Of a DNA stretch of 64,000 bases, positions 1 to 13,200 are shown in pieces. This DNA is from Haliotis rufescens (taxonomy: Eukaryota). Within the stretch, counting starts at the first letter, position 1, and each line of letters begins with the position of its first letter. A model generated the notes under the pieces. It made no database searches. It was not told the origin of the DNA and saw only the letters and a list, made by a program, of their open reading frames with translations. The stretch is taken from contig NW_025964358.1 of the NCBI RefSeq assembly GCF_023055435.1, positions 744,001-808,000 of the forward strand, in the 5' to 3' direction. A program made the position numbers and the translations under genes.

Positions 1-405
1 GTTAAGTTTAACGCCAGCATCACTTTCTGTTTTGCTCCAACATCACAAACATCTGAAGTCAATGTTGATTTACACTACGCTACCCGATTTTACAGAAAAA
101 AAATAATTCCAGACACATATTACATATCAGAAAAATACCGGCAAAATATATTTTATCATGAAAGCAGTGTAGATATTATTTTACCTATTCCGAGGCTGCA
201 GGAGGCACATGGACATTGATCAAGCGCCATCGACAGTTAAACTTCGAGTATTTTACATGTCAGGCAAGATACTTGATATTCCATGTCTGTGTTCATAATA
301 TTAAAATTATTAGGTTTTCTATCAATTAGGAGACAGTGATGTAGTCCCATTGTAGAGTAGATATCTCTTATTTTCATTTGGAACCGAGCACTTCTATTAA
401 TAAAA

Positions 406-754
406 GCCGCCTCTGTGGTCTAGTGTTAGAGCGTCCGCCCGGAGAGCGGAAATTCCGGGGTTCGATCCCCGGCCGCGTCATACCAAAAGACGTTAAAAGA
501 TGGTACTTGTTGTTACCCTGTCTGGCGCTCGGCATTAAGGGGGTAAAAAAACAAGGACTGGAGTCAGTACACTGTGTCTGAGTGGGGTATTCATGTTAAA
601 CTGCGGCATGGTATCTCAGTGAGCTAGCGCTATAAATCGGCATCAGTCCGGACTAGTACAAGCAGCCACACAAACACACACACGTATATGCACGTCGCTA
701 CATAAGTGCAATAATCTTGGACGCGACGTTAAACCCCATTTCACCTCAACTCAC
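406..754 (+). mobile_element. tRNA-derived SINE, family A (Meta/MESC-like central domain)
   Basis: A box TGGTCTAGTGTT, B box GGTTCGATCCC, body GCGTCATACCAAAAGACGTTAAAAGATGGTAC, (TCACC)n tail; TSD CTATTAATAA at 394-403 and 755-764. The Meta-domain resemblance is from recall, not a search. Confidence 0.9.
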
Positions 755-1465
755 CTATTAATAAGAGTTTATATATTAGCCTCACACGTCAATGTCTCTC
801 TGATTACTTAACTAAATAAATATTTAACAGGTCGGCGCTGTTGACATCAAATGCGAAAATGTAAGAACAGTTCTGACTAACCACTTTGACAGGTTTGACA
901 AGTTGTGCAACCACTGTCACGATCGCATCTTGAATATGTCACAACAGATTGCCGACTAGTCGTGCGAAGCAGCTTTGGGCACACACCCTCCACAGAGGGC
1001 AGCCTATAGTTGACCTGTACGTTCATTCTGAATACGCGTTATATATTTAGCCACGCCCTTGAGATAACAACTACAAATGTATTATTCACGAATTAGTGTA
1101 CACTTCTTGATCCGGTATATATCGTTCTAACTAAATGTTGAATCATGCGAATTAACACGTTTCCGGGTTAACGAATTAAAAACTCTTTTAGAAATACGTT
1201 TTCAAATATACATGTCAATCATGGTGTTTGTGTACTATAACATTCGCTGAAAGTTTCAAACTTTGTATCCCTGTGGACATTCCGGTCAGAACCGGTTACC
1301 ATCAGCGTATGCTGGTTGTAAGCGGAGACTTAATCAGTGGGTTGTTAGGCCCGGTGACATCGTACACTGACGGTTAGGATCGTTGCTCACAATATCAATC
1401 ACAAGATTGTTTGGTTCCAACTCAATTTTTACAGACCACCTTCATAAACCTGGAATATTTGCTGG

Positions 1466-1616
1466 NNNNNNNNNNNNNNNNNNNNNNNNNNNNNNNNNNN
1501 NNNNNNNNNNNNNNNNNNNNNNNNNNNNNNNNNNNNNNNNNNNNNNNNNNNNNNNNNNNNNNNNNNNNNNNNNNNNNNNNNNNNNNNNNNNNNNNNNNNN
1601 NNNNNNNNNNNNNNNN
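1466..1616. other. assembly gap (151 N)
   Basis: run of n. Confidence 1.
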
Positions 1617-1712
1617 CACAAGGCCTGTAAAAAATAAGTCTAGGTTTAACTGCAGGTGTGACTTAAAGTGTGGTTCTTAAGGCACCTTCCCCTACACACG
1701 CCATTTGTTACA

Positions 1713-1968
1713 GACTGCCACCGTGGTCTAGTGGTAGAGCGTCCGCCCGGAGAGCGGAAGGTCCGGGGTTCGATCCCCGGCCGCGTCATACCAAAAGACG
1801 TTAAAAGATGGTACTTGTTGTTACCCTGTCTGGCGCTCGGCCTTAATGTGCTAAAACAAGGACTTGTCAGTTTACTGTGTCTGAGGGGGGTATTCATGTT
1901 AAACTGCGACATAGTATATCAGTGGGCTAGCACTATAAATCGGCAGCAGTTCGGAATAGTACAAGCAG

Positions 1969-2014
<46 letters not shown>

Positions 2015-2109
2015 TCATTCACGTATTGCACTATATAAGTGCAATAATCTTGGATAACCCCAATAACCCCATTTCACCTCACCTCACCATTTCACCTCAC
2101 CTCACCTCA
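1713..2109 (+). mobile_element. SINE family A with expanded internal (CA)n
   Basis: Same head/body as 406-754; TSD CCATTTGTTACA at 1701-1712 and 2110-2121. Confidence 0.92.
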
Positions 2110-2259
2110 CCATTTGTTACACACCTGACAAAACAGATTACGGTTGAATGAACCCTGATCCTCTGTGTAACGTACAAAAATTTACAAAGACATCATTGTC
2201 CATTATAAGTGATAGTGGTCACTCTTATGTTGGAGAAACATCCCAGTAGGAATTAAGAA

Positions 2260-2517
2260 TGAGTGAGTGAGTGAATTAGGTTTAACGCCGCTTTTTACAG
2301 TATTCCAGTAAAATCACGGCGTGTCAGCTTAATATGGGAGGAAAGGCCGAAGTGATGCAGGTATCAGACGTTTACCACTTCGTTGAAAAACCCACGAACA
2401 CAGTATGGCGCTGACAAACCTAAAAACATAATTGGGGCGAAGCGGGATTCGAACCCACAATCACAGGTTTCTGGCGTGCCCAAGGGAAGCAACTCTGCAA
2501 AGCAAATCGCGGCCCCC
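2260..2517 (-). mobile_element. tRNA-derived SINE, family D
   Basis: Minus-strand B box GGTTCGAATCCC, (ACTC)n tail, TSD GAATTAAGAA at 2250-2259 and 2521-2530; homologous to 21540-21746 and, in the head, 54675-54810. Confidence 0.8.
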
Positions 2518-2544
2518 TAAGAATTAAGAAACAAACAATCACAG

Positions 2545-2740
2545 TGCAGGAGAAAGACTTCACATCCGCCATCAGTGAAAATAAAGCCCATCAATACTAC
2601 ATCATCCATTGGGACAACATCAGCATACTTACCAGAAGTCATATAAACTGCTAGATCAGGTAACTCGTAGAAGCCACCACATCAAAAGACACCAATCAGC
2701 CAGCCAGAGATCAATGTTATTACATCGGAATACTATGAGA
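2545..2740 (+). mobile_element. degenerate Penelope-like GIY-YIG endonuclease C-terminal remnant
   Basis: Translates to TSAISE..H....IHWDNISIL......IR*LVEA; Penelope-type terminal AATAAAGAAGTTGT at ~3305 matches the 34301-34599 element. Confidence 0.45.
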
Positions 2741-2810
2741 TCATGACTTATCAATCATAAAACTCATTCCCATTGTCCATTACAAAGCACATCTTAATCC
2801 TTCTCATCTT

Positions 2811-3160
2811 GACCGCCACCGTGGTCTAGTGGTAGAGCGTCCGCCCGGAGAGCGGAAGGTCCAGGGTTCGATCAACGGCCGCGTCATACCAAAAGACGTT
2901 AAAAGATGGTACTTGTTGTTACCCTGTCTGGCGCTCGGCATTAAGGGGCTAAAACAAGGACTGGTCGGCTCGGAGTCAGTATACTGTGTCTGAGTGGGGT
3001 ATTATGTTAAACTGCGGCACGGTATCTCAGTGAGCTAACACAAGAATTCGGTATTAGTCCGGACTACTACAAGCAGCCCCCCACACACACACGTGCATGC
3101 ACGTCGCTATAGAAATGCAATAATCTTTGGCGAGACGTTAAACCCCATTTCACCTCACCT
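2811..3160 (+). mobile_element. SINE family A
   Basis: Full head, body and TCACC tail. Confidence 0.9.
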
Positions 3161-3416
3161 GTTGTGTAAACATCAATCTATCACCATTCTACTTTGTTTT
3201 AGCATCAATTATCCATATGTATGTCACCTCCTAACAAGACATTTCTGTACATCACATGCTTAATAACTGTGTTAGTATCTACATCACAACGTCACATTCA
3301 TTGTAATAAAGAAGTTGTAAATCCATAGAACTATCTCCCTTGTTATCATACAAAATTCAACGGTGACTTAAACTTGTCATCTTAAATATTAGAAAACCTT
3401 ATTAGGAATGATTAAA

Positions 3417-3670
3417 TCACATTCCTGGCCTCTCATAGTTGAACAGTGCTTGGAATAAATCCAAATGAAGTAACTTTCTTGTTCTACTATATTGACGTCG
3501 ACTAATGTCGATATTCCAAAACAACCCGTCCGCTACTATTATCGGTGTATAAGGTTTGTACAATTTAAGATGCAGGGGAATTTGTTGACTGGCATAAAAT
3601 ATAACAGGCAAAATGAAGGTCACAACACGCCTTTGACTCGAAAAGCTGTGTTCAATCTGCATTGAGGAAT
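3417..3670 (-). CDS. mucin-like gene, probable terminal coding exon (~84 aa, non-repetitive)
   Basis: Acceptor AAACAG|ATTCC gives an in-phase join (G|AT = Asp) with the phase-1 donor at 4210 and reads open to TGA at 3419-3417: DSSMQIEHSFSSQRRVVTFILPVIFY...FNYERPGM*. Confidence 0.55.
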
Positions 3671-4010
3671 CTGTTTGTTCACATAATTGTGCATGGACAA
3701 CAAGTGAGTAAGGTGCTTTTCATGTAATTAAGAAAATGATCTCAAAGCAAAAAAAAAAAATTAAAGGAGAAAAATGTATCAGCTGTAATGATCATATTAG
3801 GGCAATGGACCCTATGTCTGTGACTACATTGTGGATCGGATGGCTACACATTAGGACACCATATTCACCTCTTGAGCTCTATTAGTCATTGTCGTGAGAT
3901 TGCTTGACTATTGCTGACTGTGGTGAAAAAAACGTTAAAATGCAATCATCAAACACTTCAATAAAATACTTCAAGAGACATAAACTCTCGTTAATTTTAT
4001 GACATATGTA

Positions 4011-4185
4011 CAGTAAACAACGGTTATAACGAACTCAAAGGGACTACTAATTTCAGTTCGTTATAACCGTACTTCGTTATAAGCATATATACAGCATAAC
4101 TACAGCATACAGTCGGGACTAATAAGTTAGTTCGTTATATCCGTTAGTTCGTTATAAGTGTGTTCGTTATAACCGTAGTTCACTG
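4011..4185. mobile_element. Tc1/mariner-superfamily (pogo/Tigger-like) MITE
   Basis: TIRs CAGTAAACAACGGTTATAACGAAC / GTTCGTTATAACCGTAGTTCACTG, TA on both flanks, internal TTCGTTATA repeats. Confidence 0.8.
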
Positions 4186-4209
4186 TATCTGAAAATTGGA
4201 AAAGCATAC

Positions 4210-7200
4210 CGTATGTTACCGGAACATCTGCTGTTGGTCTGGAAGCAGGGACAGAAGTCGCTGTGGAAGAAGTCGCAGCAGGCGTAGTACGTGTTGTCGT
4301 AGTCCTGAGTGTTGATGCTATCGGTCTTGCGGTAGACGTAGGTGTAGTAGTGGTTGATGTATTAGTAGTTGGTGTTGGTGATGTAGAAGTAGTGGGTATA
4401 AAAAATGTGGAAGTAGAAGTTGATGAGGTAGATGTGAAGTGGGTGGAAGTTGTGGGTGTAGAAGAGGTGGATGTAGGTGTAGAAGTCGTGCCTGTGGGAG
4501 TGGTCGGTGTAAAAGTGGCGGGCGTAGAAGTTATCGGCGTAGGAGCCTTGGATATAGTACTGGTTGGTTTGGAGGCTGTGGTTAGTGAAAGATTGTATCC
4601 TTTAGAAGAAGTTGTGGAAGTAGTGGGTGAAGAAGTCGTGGGTGTCGAAATTTTGGGAATATAAGTGGCGGGCGTAGAAGTTATCGGTGTAGGAGAGGTG
4701 GGGACAGTACTGGTGGGTGTGGAAGTTGTTGGTGAAAGATTCATTCTTTTTGGCGTGGTTGTAGAAGTCGTGGGTGTAGAAGTGGTGGGTGTAATCGTAA
4801 TGGGCGTAGAAGTTATCGGGGTAGGAGAGGTGTGTATAGTACTGGTGGGTGTGGAAGTTGTGGTTGGTGACAGATTGTATCCTTTAGGAGTGGATGTATA
4901 AGTGGTGGATGTAGAAATGATGGGTGTGGAAGTGTTGGGAATAGAAGAGGTGGGCGTAGAAGTTATCGGCGTAGGAAGGTTGGGTATAGCACTGGTTGGT
5001 ATGGAAGTTGTTGTGGTTGGTGAAAGATTGTATCCGTTAGGAGTGGGTGTAGAAGTGGTCGATGAAGAAATAGTGGGGCTAAAAATTGTTGGTAGCGACA
5101 TGGTGGGTGTAGATGTCGTAGGTGAGGAAGTGGTGGGTGTAGATGTGGTCGATGAAGAAATAGTGGGGCTAGAAATTGTTGGTAGCGACAAGGTTGGTGT
5201 AGATGTCGTAGGTGTGGAAGTGGTGGATGTAGAACTGGTTGATGAAGAAATAGTGGGGCTAGAAATTGTTGGTAGCGACATGGTGGGTGTAGATGTCCTA
5301 GGTGTGGAAGTGGTGTGTGTAGAAGTGGTGGATGAAGAAATAGTGGGGCTAGAAATTGTTGGTAGCGACATGGTGGGCGTAGATGTCGTAGGTGTGGAAG
5401 TGGTGGGTGTAGAAGTGGTGGATGAAAAAATAGTGGGGCTAGAAAATGTTGGTAGCGACATGGTGGGTATAGATGTCGTAGGTGTGGAAGTCGTGGGTGT
5501 AGAAGTGGTGGGTGTAAACGTAATGGGCGTAGAAGTTATCGGGGTTGGAGAGGTGTGTATAGTACTGGTGGGTGTGGAAGTTGTTGTGGTTGGTGAAAGA
5601 TTGTATCCTTTAGGAGTGGATGTATAAGCAGTGGGTGTAGAAATGATGGGTGTGGAAGTGTTGGGAATAGAAGAGGTTGGCGCAGAAGTTATCGGCGTAT
5701 GAGAGGTGGGTATGGATGTTGTATAAGTGGTAGGTGTAAAAGTCGTGGGTGTTGAAGTGTTGGGAATAAAAGTGGTTGGCGTAGAATTTATCTGCGTAGG
5801 AAGGTTGGGTATAGCACTGGTTGGTATGGAAGTTGTTGTGGTTGGTGAAAGATTGTATCCGTTAGGAGTGGGTGTAGAAGTGGTCGATGAAGAAATAGTG
5901 GGGCTAAAAATTGTTGGTAGCGACATGGTGGGTGTAGATGTCGTAGGTGAGGAAGTGGTGGGTGTAGATGTGGTCGATGAAGAAATAGTGAGGCTTGAAA
6001 ATATTGGTAGCGACAAGGTTGGTGTAGATGTCGTAGGTGTGGAAGTTGTGGATGTAGAACTTGTTGATGAAGAAATAGTGGGGCTAGAAATTGTTGGTAG
6101 CGACATGGTGGGTGTAGATGACGTAGGTGTGGAAGTGGTGGGTGTAGAAGTGGTTGATGAAGAAATAGTGGGGCTAGAAATTGTTGGTAGTGACATGGTG
6201 GATGTAGAAGTCGTAGGTGTGGAAGTGGTGGATGTAGAAGTGGTGAATGAAAAAATAGTGGGGCTAGAAATTGTTTGTAGCGACATGGTGGGTGTAGATG
6301 TCGTAGGTGTGGAAGTGGTGGGTGTAGAAGTGGTGAATGAAAAAATAGTGGGGCTAGAAATTGTTTGTAGCGACATGGTAGGTGTAGATGTCGTAGGTGT
6401 GGCAGTCGTGAGTGTTGAAATTGTGGGTGTAAACGTAATGGGCGTAGAAGTTATCGGGGTAGGAGAGGCGTGTATAGTACTGGTGGGTGTGGAAGTTGTT
6501 GTGGTTGGTGAAAGATTGTATCCTTTAGGAGTGGATGTATAAGCTGTGGGTGTAGAAATGATGGGTGTGGAAGTGTTGGGAATAGAAGAGGTTGGCGTAG
6601 GAAGGTTGGGTATATTACTGGTAGGTATGGAAGTTGTTGTGGTTGGTGAAAGATTGTATCCTTTAGGTGTGGATGTATAAGTGGTGGATGTAGAAATGAT
6701 GGGTGTGGAAGTGTTGGGAATAGAAGAGGTGGGCGTAGAAGTTTTCGGCGTATGAGAGGTGGGTATGGATGTTGTATAAGTGGTAGGTGTAAAAGTCGTG
6801 GGTGTGGAAGTGTTGGGAATAAAAGTGGTGGGCGTAGAGTTTATCGGCGTAGGAAGGTTGGGTATAGCACTGGTTGGTATGGAAGTTGTTGTGGTTGGTG
6901 AAAGATAGTATCCGTTAGGAGTGGGTGTAGAAGTGGTGGATGAAGAAATAGTGGGGCTAGAAAATGTTGGTAGCGACAAGGTTGGTGTAGATGTCGTAGG
7001 TGTGGAAGTGGTGGATGTAGAACTGGTTGATGAAGAAATAGTGGGGCTAGAAATTGTTGGTAGCGACATGGTGGGTGTAGATGACGTAGGTGTGGAAGTG
7101 GTGGGTGTAGAAGTGGTTGATGAAGAAATAGTGGGGCTAGAAATTGTTGGTAGCGACATGGTGGGTGTAGATGACGTAGGTGTGGAAGTGGTGGGTGTAG

Positions 7201-10200
7201 AAGTGGTTGATGAAGAAATAGTGGGGCTAGAAATTGTTGGTAGCGACATGGTGGGTGTAGATGACGTAGGTGTGGAAGTGGTGGGTGTAGAACTGGTTGA
7301 TGAAGAAATAGTGGGGCTAGAAAATGTTTGTAGCGACAAGGTTGGTGTAGATGTCGTAGGTGTGGAAGTGGTGGGTGTAGAAGTGGTTGATGAAGAAATA
7401 GTGGGGCTAGAAATTGTTGGTAGTGACATGGTGGATGTAGAAGTCGTAGGTGTGGAAGTGGTGGGTGTAGAAGTGGTGGATGAAGAAATAGTGGGGCTAG
7501 AAAATGTTGGTAGCGACAAGGTTGGTGTAGATGTCGTAGGTGTGGCAGTCGTGAGTGTAGAAATAGTGGGTGTAAACGTAATGGGCGTAGAAGTTATCGG
7601 GGTAGGAGAGGCGTGTATAGTACTGGTGGGTGTGGAAGTTGTGGTTGGTGACAGATTGTATCCTTTAGGAGTGGATGTATAAGTGGTGGATGTAGAAATG
7701 ATGGGTGTGGAAGTGTTGGGAATAGAAGATGTGGGCGTAGAAGTTATCGGCGTATGAGAGGTGGGTATGGATGTTGTATAAGTGGTAGGTGTAAAAGTCG
7801 TGGGTGTGGAAGTGTTGGGAATAAAAGTGGTGGGCGTAGAATTTATCGGCGTAGGAAGGTTGGGTATAGCACTGGTTGGTATGGAAGTTGTTGTAGTTGG
7901 TGAAAGATTGTATCCGTTAGGAGTGGGTGTAGAAGTGGTGGATAAAGAAATATTGGGGCTAGAAATTGTTGGTAGCGACATGGTGGGTGTAGATGTCGTA
8001 GGTGTGGAAGTGGTGGGTGTAGAAGTGGTCGATGAAGAAATAGTGGGGCTAGAAATTGTTGGTAGCGACAAGGTTGGTGTAGATGTCGTAGGTGTGGAAG
8101 TGGTGGATGTAGAAGTGGTTGATGAAGAAATAGTGGGGCTAGAAATTGTTGGTAGCGACATGGTGGGTGTAGATGTCGTAGGTGTGGAAGTGGCGGGTGT
8201 AGAAGTGGTTGATGAAGAAATGGTGGGGCTAGAAATTGTTGGTAGTGACATGGTGGATGTAGAAGTCGTAGGTGTGGAAGTGGTGGATGTAGAAGTGGCG
8301 AATGAAAAAATAGTGGGGCTAGAAATTGTTTGTAGCGACATGGTGGGTGTAAATGTCTTAGGTGTGGCAGTCCTGAGTGTAGAAATAGTGGGTGTAAACG
8401 TAATGGGCGTAGAAGTTATCGGGGTAGGAGAGGCGTGTATAGTACTGGTGGGTGTGGAAGTTGTTGTGGTTGGTGAAAGATTGTATCCTTTAGGAGTGGA
8501 TGTATAAGCTGTGGGTGTAGAAATGATGGGTGTGGAAGCGTTGGGAATAGAAGAGGTTGGCGTAGGAAGGTTGGGTATATTACTGGTTGGCATGGAAGTT
8601 GTTGTGGTTTGTGAAAGATTGTATCCTTTAGGAGTGGATGTATAAGTGGTGGATGTAGAAATGATGGGTGTGGAAGTGTTGGGAATAGAAGAGGTGGGCG
8701 TAGAAGTTATCGGCGAATGAGAGGTGGGTATGGATGTTGTATAAGTGGTAGGTGTAAAAGTCGTGGGTGTGGAAGTGTTGGGAATAAAAGTGGTGGGCGT
8801 AGAATTTATCGGCGTAGGAAGGTTGGGTATAGCACTGGTTGGTATGGAAGTTGTTGTAGTTGGTGAAAGATTGTATCCGTTAGGAGTGGGTGTAGAAGTG
8901 GTGGATAAAGAAATATTGGGGCTAGAAATTGTTGGTAGCGACATGGTGGGTGTAGATGTCGTAGGTGTGGAAGTGGTGGGTGTAGAAGTGGTCGATGAAG
9001 AAATAGTGGGGCTAGAAATTGTTGGTAGCGACATGGTGGGTGTAGATGTCGTAGGTGAGGAAGTGGTGGGTGTAGATGTGGTCGATGAAGAAATATTGGG
9101 GCTAGAAATTATTGGTAGCGACATGGTGGGTGTAGATGTCGTAGGTGTGGAAGTGGTGGATGTAGAAGTGGTTGATGAAGAAATAGTGGGGCTAGAAATT
9201 GTTGGTAGCGACATGGTGGGTGTAGATGACGTAGGTGTGGAAGTGGTGGATGTAGAAGTGATGGATGAAGAAATAGTGGGGCTAGAAATTGTTCGTAGTG
9301 ACATGGTGGATGTAGAAGTCGTAGGGGCGGAAGTTGCGGGTCTAAACGTAATGGGCGTAGAAGTTATCGGGGTAGGAGACGTGTGTATAGTACTGGTGGG
9401 TGTGGAAGTTGTTGTGGTTGGTGAAAGATTGTATCCTTTAGGAGTGGATGTATAAGCTGTGGGTGTAGAAATGATGGGTGTGGAAGTGTTGGGAATAGAA
9501 GAGGTTGGCGTAGAAGTTATCGGCGTATGAGAGGTTGGTGTGGAAGTTGTTGTGGTTGGTGAAAGATTGTATCCGTTAGGAGTGGGTGTAGAAGTGGTGG
9601 ATGAAGAAATATTGGGGCTAGAACTTGTTGGTAGCGACATGGTGGGTGTAGTAGTCGTAGGTGTGGAAGTGGTGGGTGTAAAAGTGGTTGATGAAGAAAT
9701 AGTGGGGCTAGAAATTGTTCGTAGCGACAAGGTGGGTGTAGATGTCGTAGGTGTGGAAGTGGTGGGTGGAGAAGTGGTCGATGAAGAAATAGTGGGGCTA
9801 GAAGTTGTTGGTAGCGACATGGTGGGTATAGATGTCGTAGGTGTGGAAGTGGTGGGTGTAGAAGTGGTTGATGAAGAAATGGTGGGGCTAGAAATTGTTG
9901 GTAGCGACAAGGTGGGTGTAGATGTCGTAGGTGTGGAAGTGGTGGGTGTAGAAGTGGTCGATGAAGAAATGGTGGGGCTAGAAATTGTTTGTAGCGACAT
10001 GGTGGGTGTAGATGACGTAGGTGAGGAAGTGGTGGGTGTAGATGTGATCGATGAAGAAATAGTGGGGCTAGAAATTGTTGGTAGCGACAAGGTTGGTGTA
10101 GATATCGTAGGTGTGGAAGTGGTGGATGTAGAAGTGGTTGATGACGAAATAGTGGGGCTTGAAATTGTTGGTAGCGACATGGTGGGTATAGATGTCGTAG

Positions 10201-13200
10201 GTGTGGAAGTGGTGGGTGTAGAAGTGGTGGGTGTAAACGTAATGGGCGTAGAAGTAATCGGGGTAGGAGAGGTGTGTACAGTACTGGTGGGTGTGGAAGT
10301 TGTTGTGGTTGGTGAAAGATTGTATCCTTTAGGAGTGGATGTATAAGTGGTGGGTGTAGAAATGATGGGTGTGGAAGTGTTGGGAATAGAAGAGGTTGGC
10401 GTAGAAGTTATCGGCGTATGAGAGGTGGGTATGGATGTTGTATAAGTGGTAGGTGTAAAAGTCGTGGAAGTGAAAGTGTTGGGAATAAAAGTGGTGGGCG
10501 TAGAATTTATCGGCGTAGGAAGGATGGCTATAGCACTGGTTGGTATGGAAGTTGTTGTGGTTGGTGAAAGATTGTATCCGTTAGGAGTGGGTGTAGAAGT
10601 GGTGGGTGAAGAAATATTGGGGCTTGAAATTGTTGGTAGCGACATGGTGGATGTAGTAGTCGTAGGTGTGGAAGTGGTGGGTGGAGAAGTGGTCGATGAA
10701 GAAATAGTGGGGCTAGAAATTGTTGGTAGCGACAAGGTGGGTGTAGATGTCGTAGGTTTGGAAGTGGTGGGTGGAGAAGTGATCGATGAAGAAATAGTGG
10801 GGCTAGAAATTGTTGGTAGCGACAAGGTGGGTGTAGATGTCCTAGGTGTGGAAGTGGTGTGTGTAGAAGTGGTGGATGAAGAAATAGTGGGGCTAGAAAT
10901 TGTTGGTAGCGACATGGTGGGCGTAGATGTCGTAGGTGTGGAAGTGGTGGGTGTAGAAGTGGTGGATGAAAAAATAGTGGGGCTAGAAATTGTTGGTAGC
11001 GACATGGTGGGTATAGATGTCGTAGGTGTGGAAGTCGTGGGTGTAGAAGTGGTGGGTGTAAACGTAATGGGCGTAGAAGTTATCGGGGTTGGAGAGGTGT
11101 GTATAGTACTGGTGGGTGTGGAAGTTGTTGTGGTTGGTGAAAGATTGTATCCTTTAGGAGTGGATGTATAAGCTGTGGGTGTAGAAATGATGGGTGTGGA
11201 AGTGTTGGGAATAGAAGAGGTTGGCGCAGAAGTTATCGGCGTATGAGAGGTGGGTATGGATGTTGTATAAGTGGTAGGTGTAAAAGTCGTGGGTGTGGAA
11301 GTGTTGGGAATAAAAGTGGTGGGCGTAGAATTTATTGGCGTAGGAAGGTTGGGTATAGCACTGGTTGGTATGGAAGTTGTTCTGGTTGGTGAAAGATTGT
11401 ATCCGTTAGGCGTGGGTGAGGAAGTGGTGGGTGTAGAAGTGGTGGATGAAGAAATAGTGGGGCTAGAAATTGTTGGTAGCGACATGGTGGGCGTAGATGT
11501 CGTAGGTGTGGAAGTGGTGGGTGTAGAAATGGTTGATGAAGAAATAGTGGGGCTTGAAATTGTTGGTAGCGACATGGTGGGTATAGATGACGTAGGTGTG
11601 GAAGTCGTGGGTGTAGAAGTGATGGGTGTAAACGTAATGGGCGTAGAAGTTATCGGGGTTGGAGAGGCGTGTATAGTACTGGTGGGTGGTGAAGTGGTTA
11701 TGGTTGGTGAAAGATTGTATCCCTTAGGAGTGGGTGTGGAAGTGGTGGGTGTAGAAGATGTGGATGAAGGAATAGTGTGGCTAGAAATTGTTGGTTGCGA
11801 CATGGTGGGTGTAGATGTCGTAGGTGTGGAAGTGGTGGGTGTAGAAGTGGTGGATGAAGGAAAAGTGGGGCTAGAAATTGTTGGTAGCGACATGGTTGGT
11901 GTAGATGTCGTAGGTGTGGAAGTGGTGGGTGTAGAAGTGGTGGATGAAGAAATAGTGGGGCTAGAAATTGTTGGTAGCGACATGGTGGGTGTAGATGTCG
12001 TAGGTGTGGAAGTGGTGGGTGTAGAAGTGGTGGATGAAGAAATAGTGGGGCTAGAAATTGTTGATAGCGACATTGTGGGCGTAGATGACGTAGGTGTGGA
12101 AGTGGTGGGTGTAGAAGTGGTGGATGAAAAAATAGTGGGGCTAGAAATTGTTGGTAGCGACATGGTGGGTATAGATGTCGTAGGTGTGGAAGTCGTGGGT
12201 GTAGAAGTGGTGGGTGTAAACGTAATGGGCGTAGAAGTTATCGGGGTTGGAGAGGTGTGTATAGTACTGGTGGGTGTGGAAGTTGTTGTGGTTGGTGAAA
12301 GATTGTATCCTTTAGGAGTGGATGTATAAGCTGTGGGTGTAGAAATGATGGGTGTGGAAGTGTTGGGAATAGAAGAGGTTGGCGCAGAAGTTATCGGCGT
12401 ATGAGAGGTGGGTATGGATGTTGTATAAGTGGTAGGTGTAAAAGTCGTGGGTGTGGAAGTGTTGGGAATAAAAGTGGTGGGCGTAGAATTTATTGGCGTA
12501 GGAAGGTTGGGTATAGCACTGGTTGGTATGGAAGTTGTTCTGGTTGGTGAAAGATTGTATCCGTTAGGCGTGGGTGAGGAAGTGGTGGGTGTAGAAGTGG
12601 TGGATGAAGAAATAGTGGGGCTAGAAATTGTTGGTAGCGACATGGTGGGCGTAGATGTCGTAGGTGTGGAAGTGGTGGGTGTAGAAATGGTTGATGAAGA
12701 AATAGTGGGGCTTGAAATTGTTGGTAGCGACATGGTGGGTATAGATGACGTAGGTGTGGAAGTCGTGGGTGTAGAAGTGATGGGTGTAAACGTAATGGGC
12801 GTAGAAGTTATCGGGGTTGGAGAGGCGTGTATAGTACTGGTGGGTGGTGAAGTGGTTATGGTTGGTGAAAGATTGTATCCCTTAGGAGTGGGTGTGGAAG
12901 TGGTGGGTGTAGAAGATGTGGATGAAGGAATAGTGTGGCTAGAAATTGTTGGTTGCGACATGGTGGGTGTAGATGTCGTAGGTGTGGAAGTGGTGGGTGT
13001 AGAAGTGGTGGATGAAGGAAAAGTGGGGCTAGAAATTGTTGGTAGCGACATGGTTGGTGTAGATGTCGTAGGTGTGGAAGTGGTGGGTGTAGAAGTGGTG
13101 GATGAAGAAATAGTGGGGCTAGAAATTGTTGGTAGCGACATGGTGGGTGTAGATGTCGTAGGTGTGGAAGTGGTGGGTGTAGAAGTGGTGGATGAAGAAA

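Noticed and set aside
406-480. tRNA genes (also 1713, 2811, 21761, 23991, 31200, 46750)
   Set aside because: tRNA-like heads continue into shared SINE bodies with tails and TSDs and lack a pol III terminator after the cloverleaf
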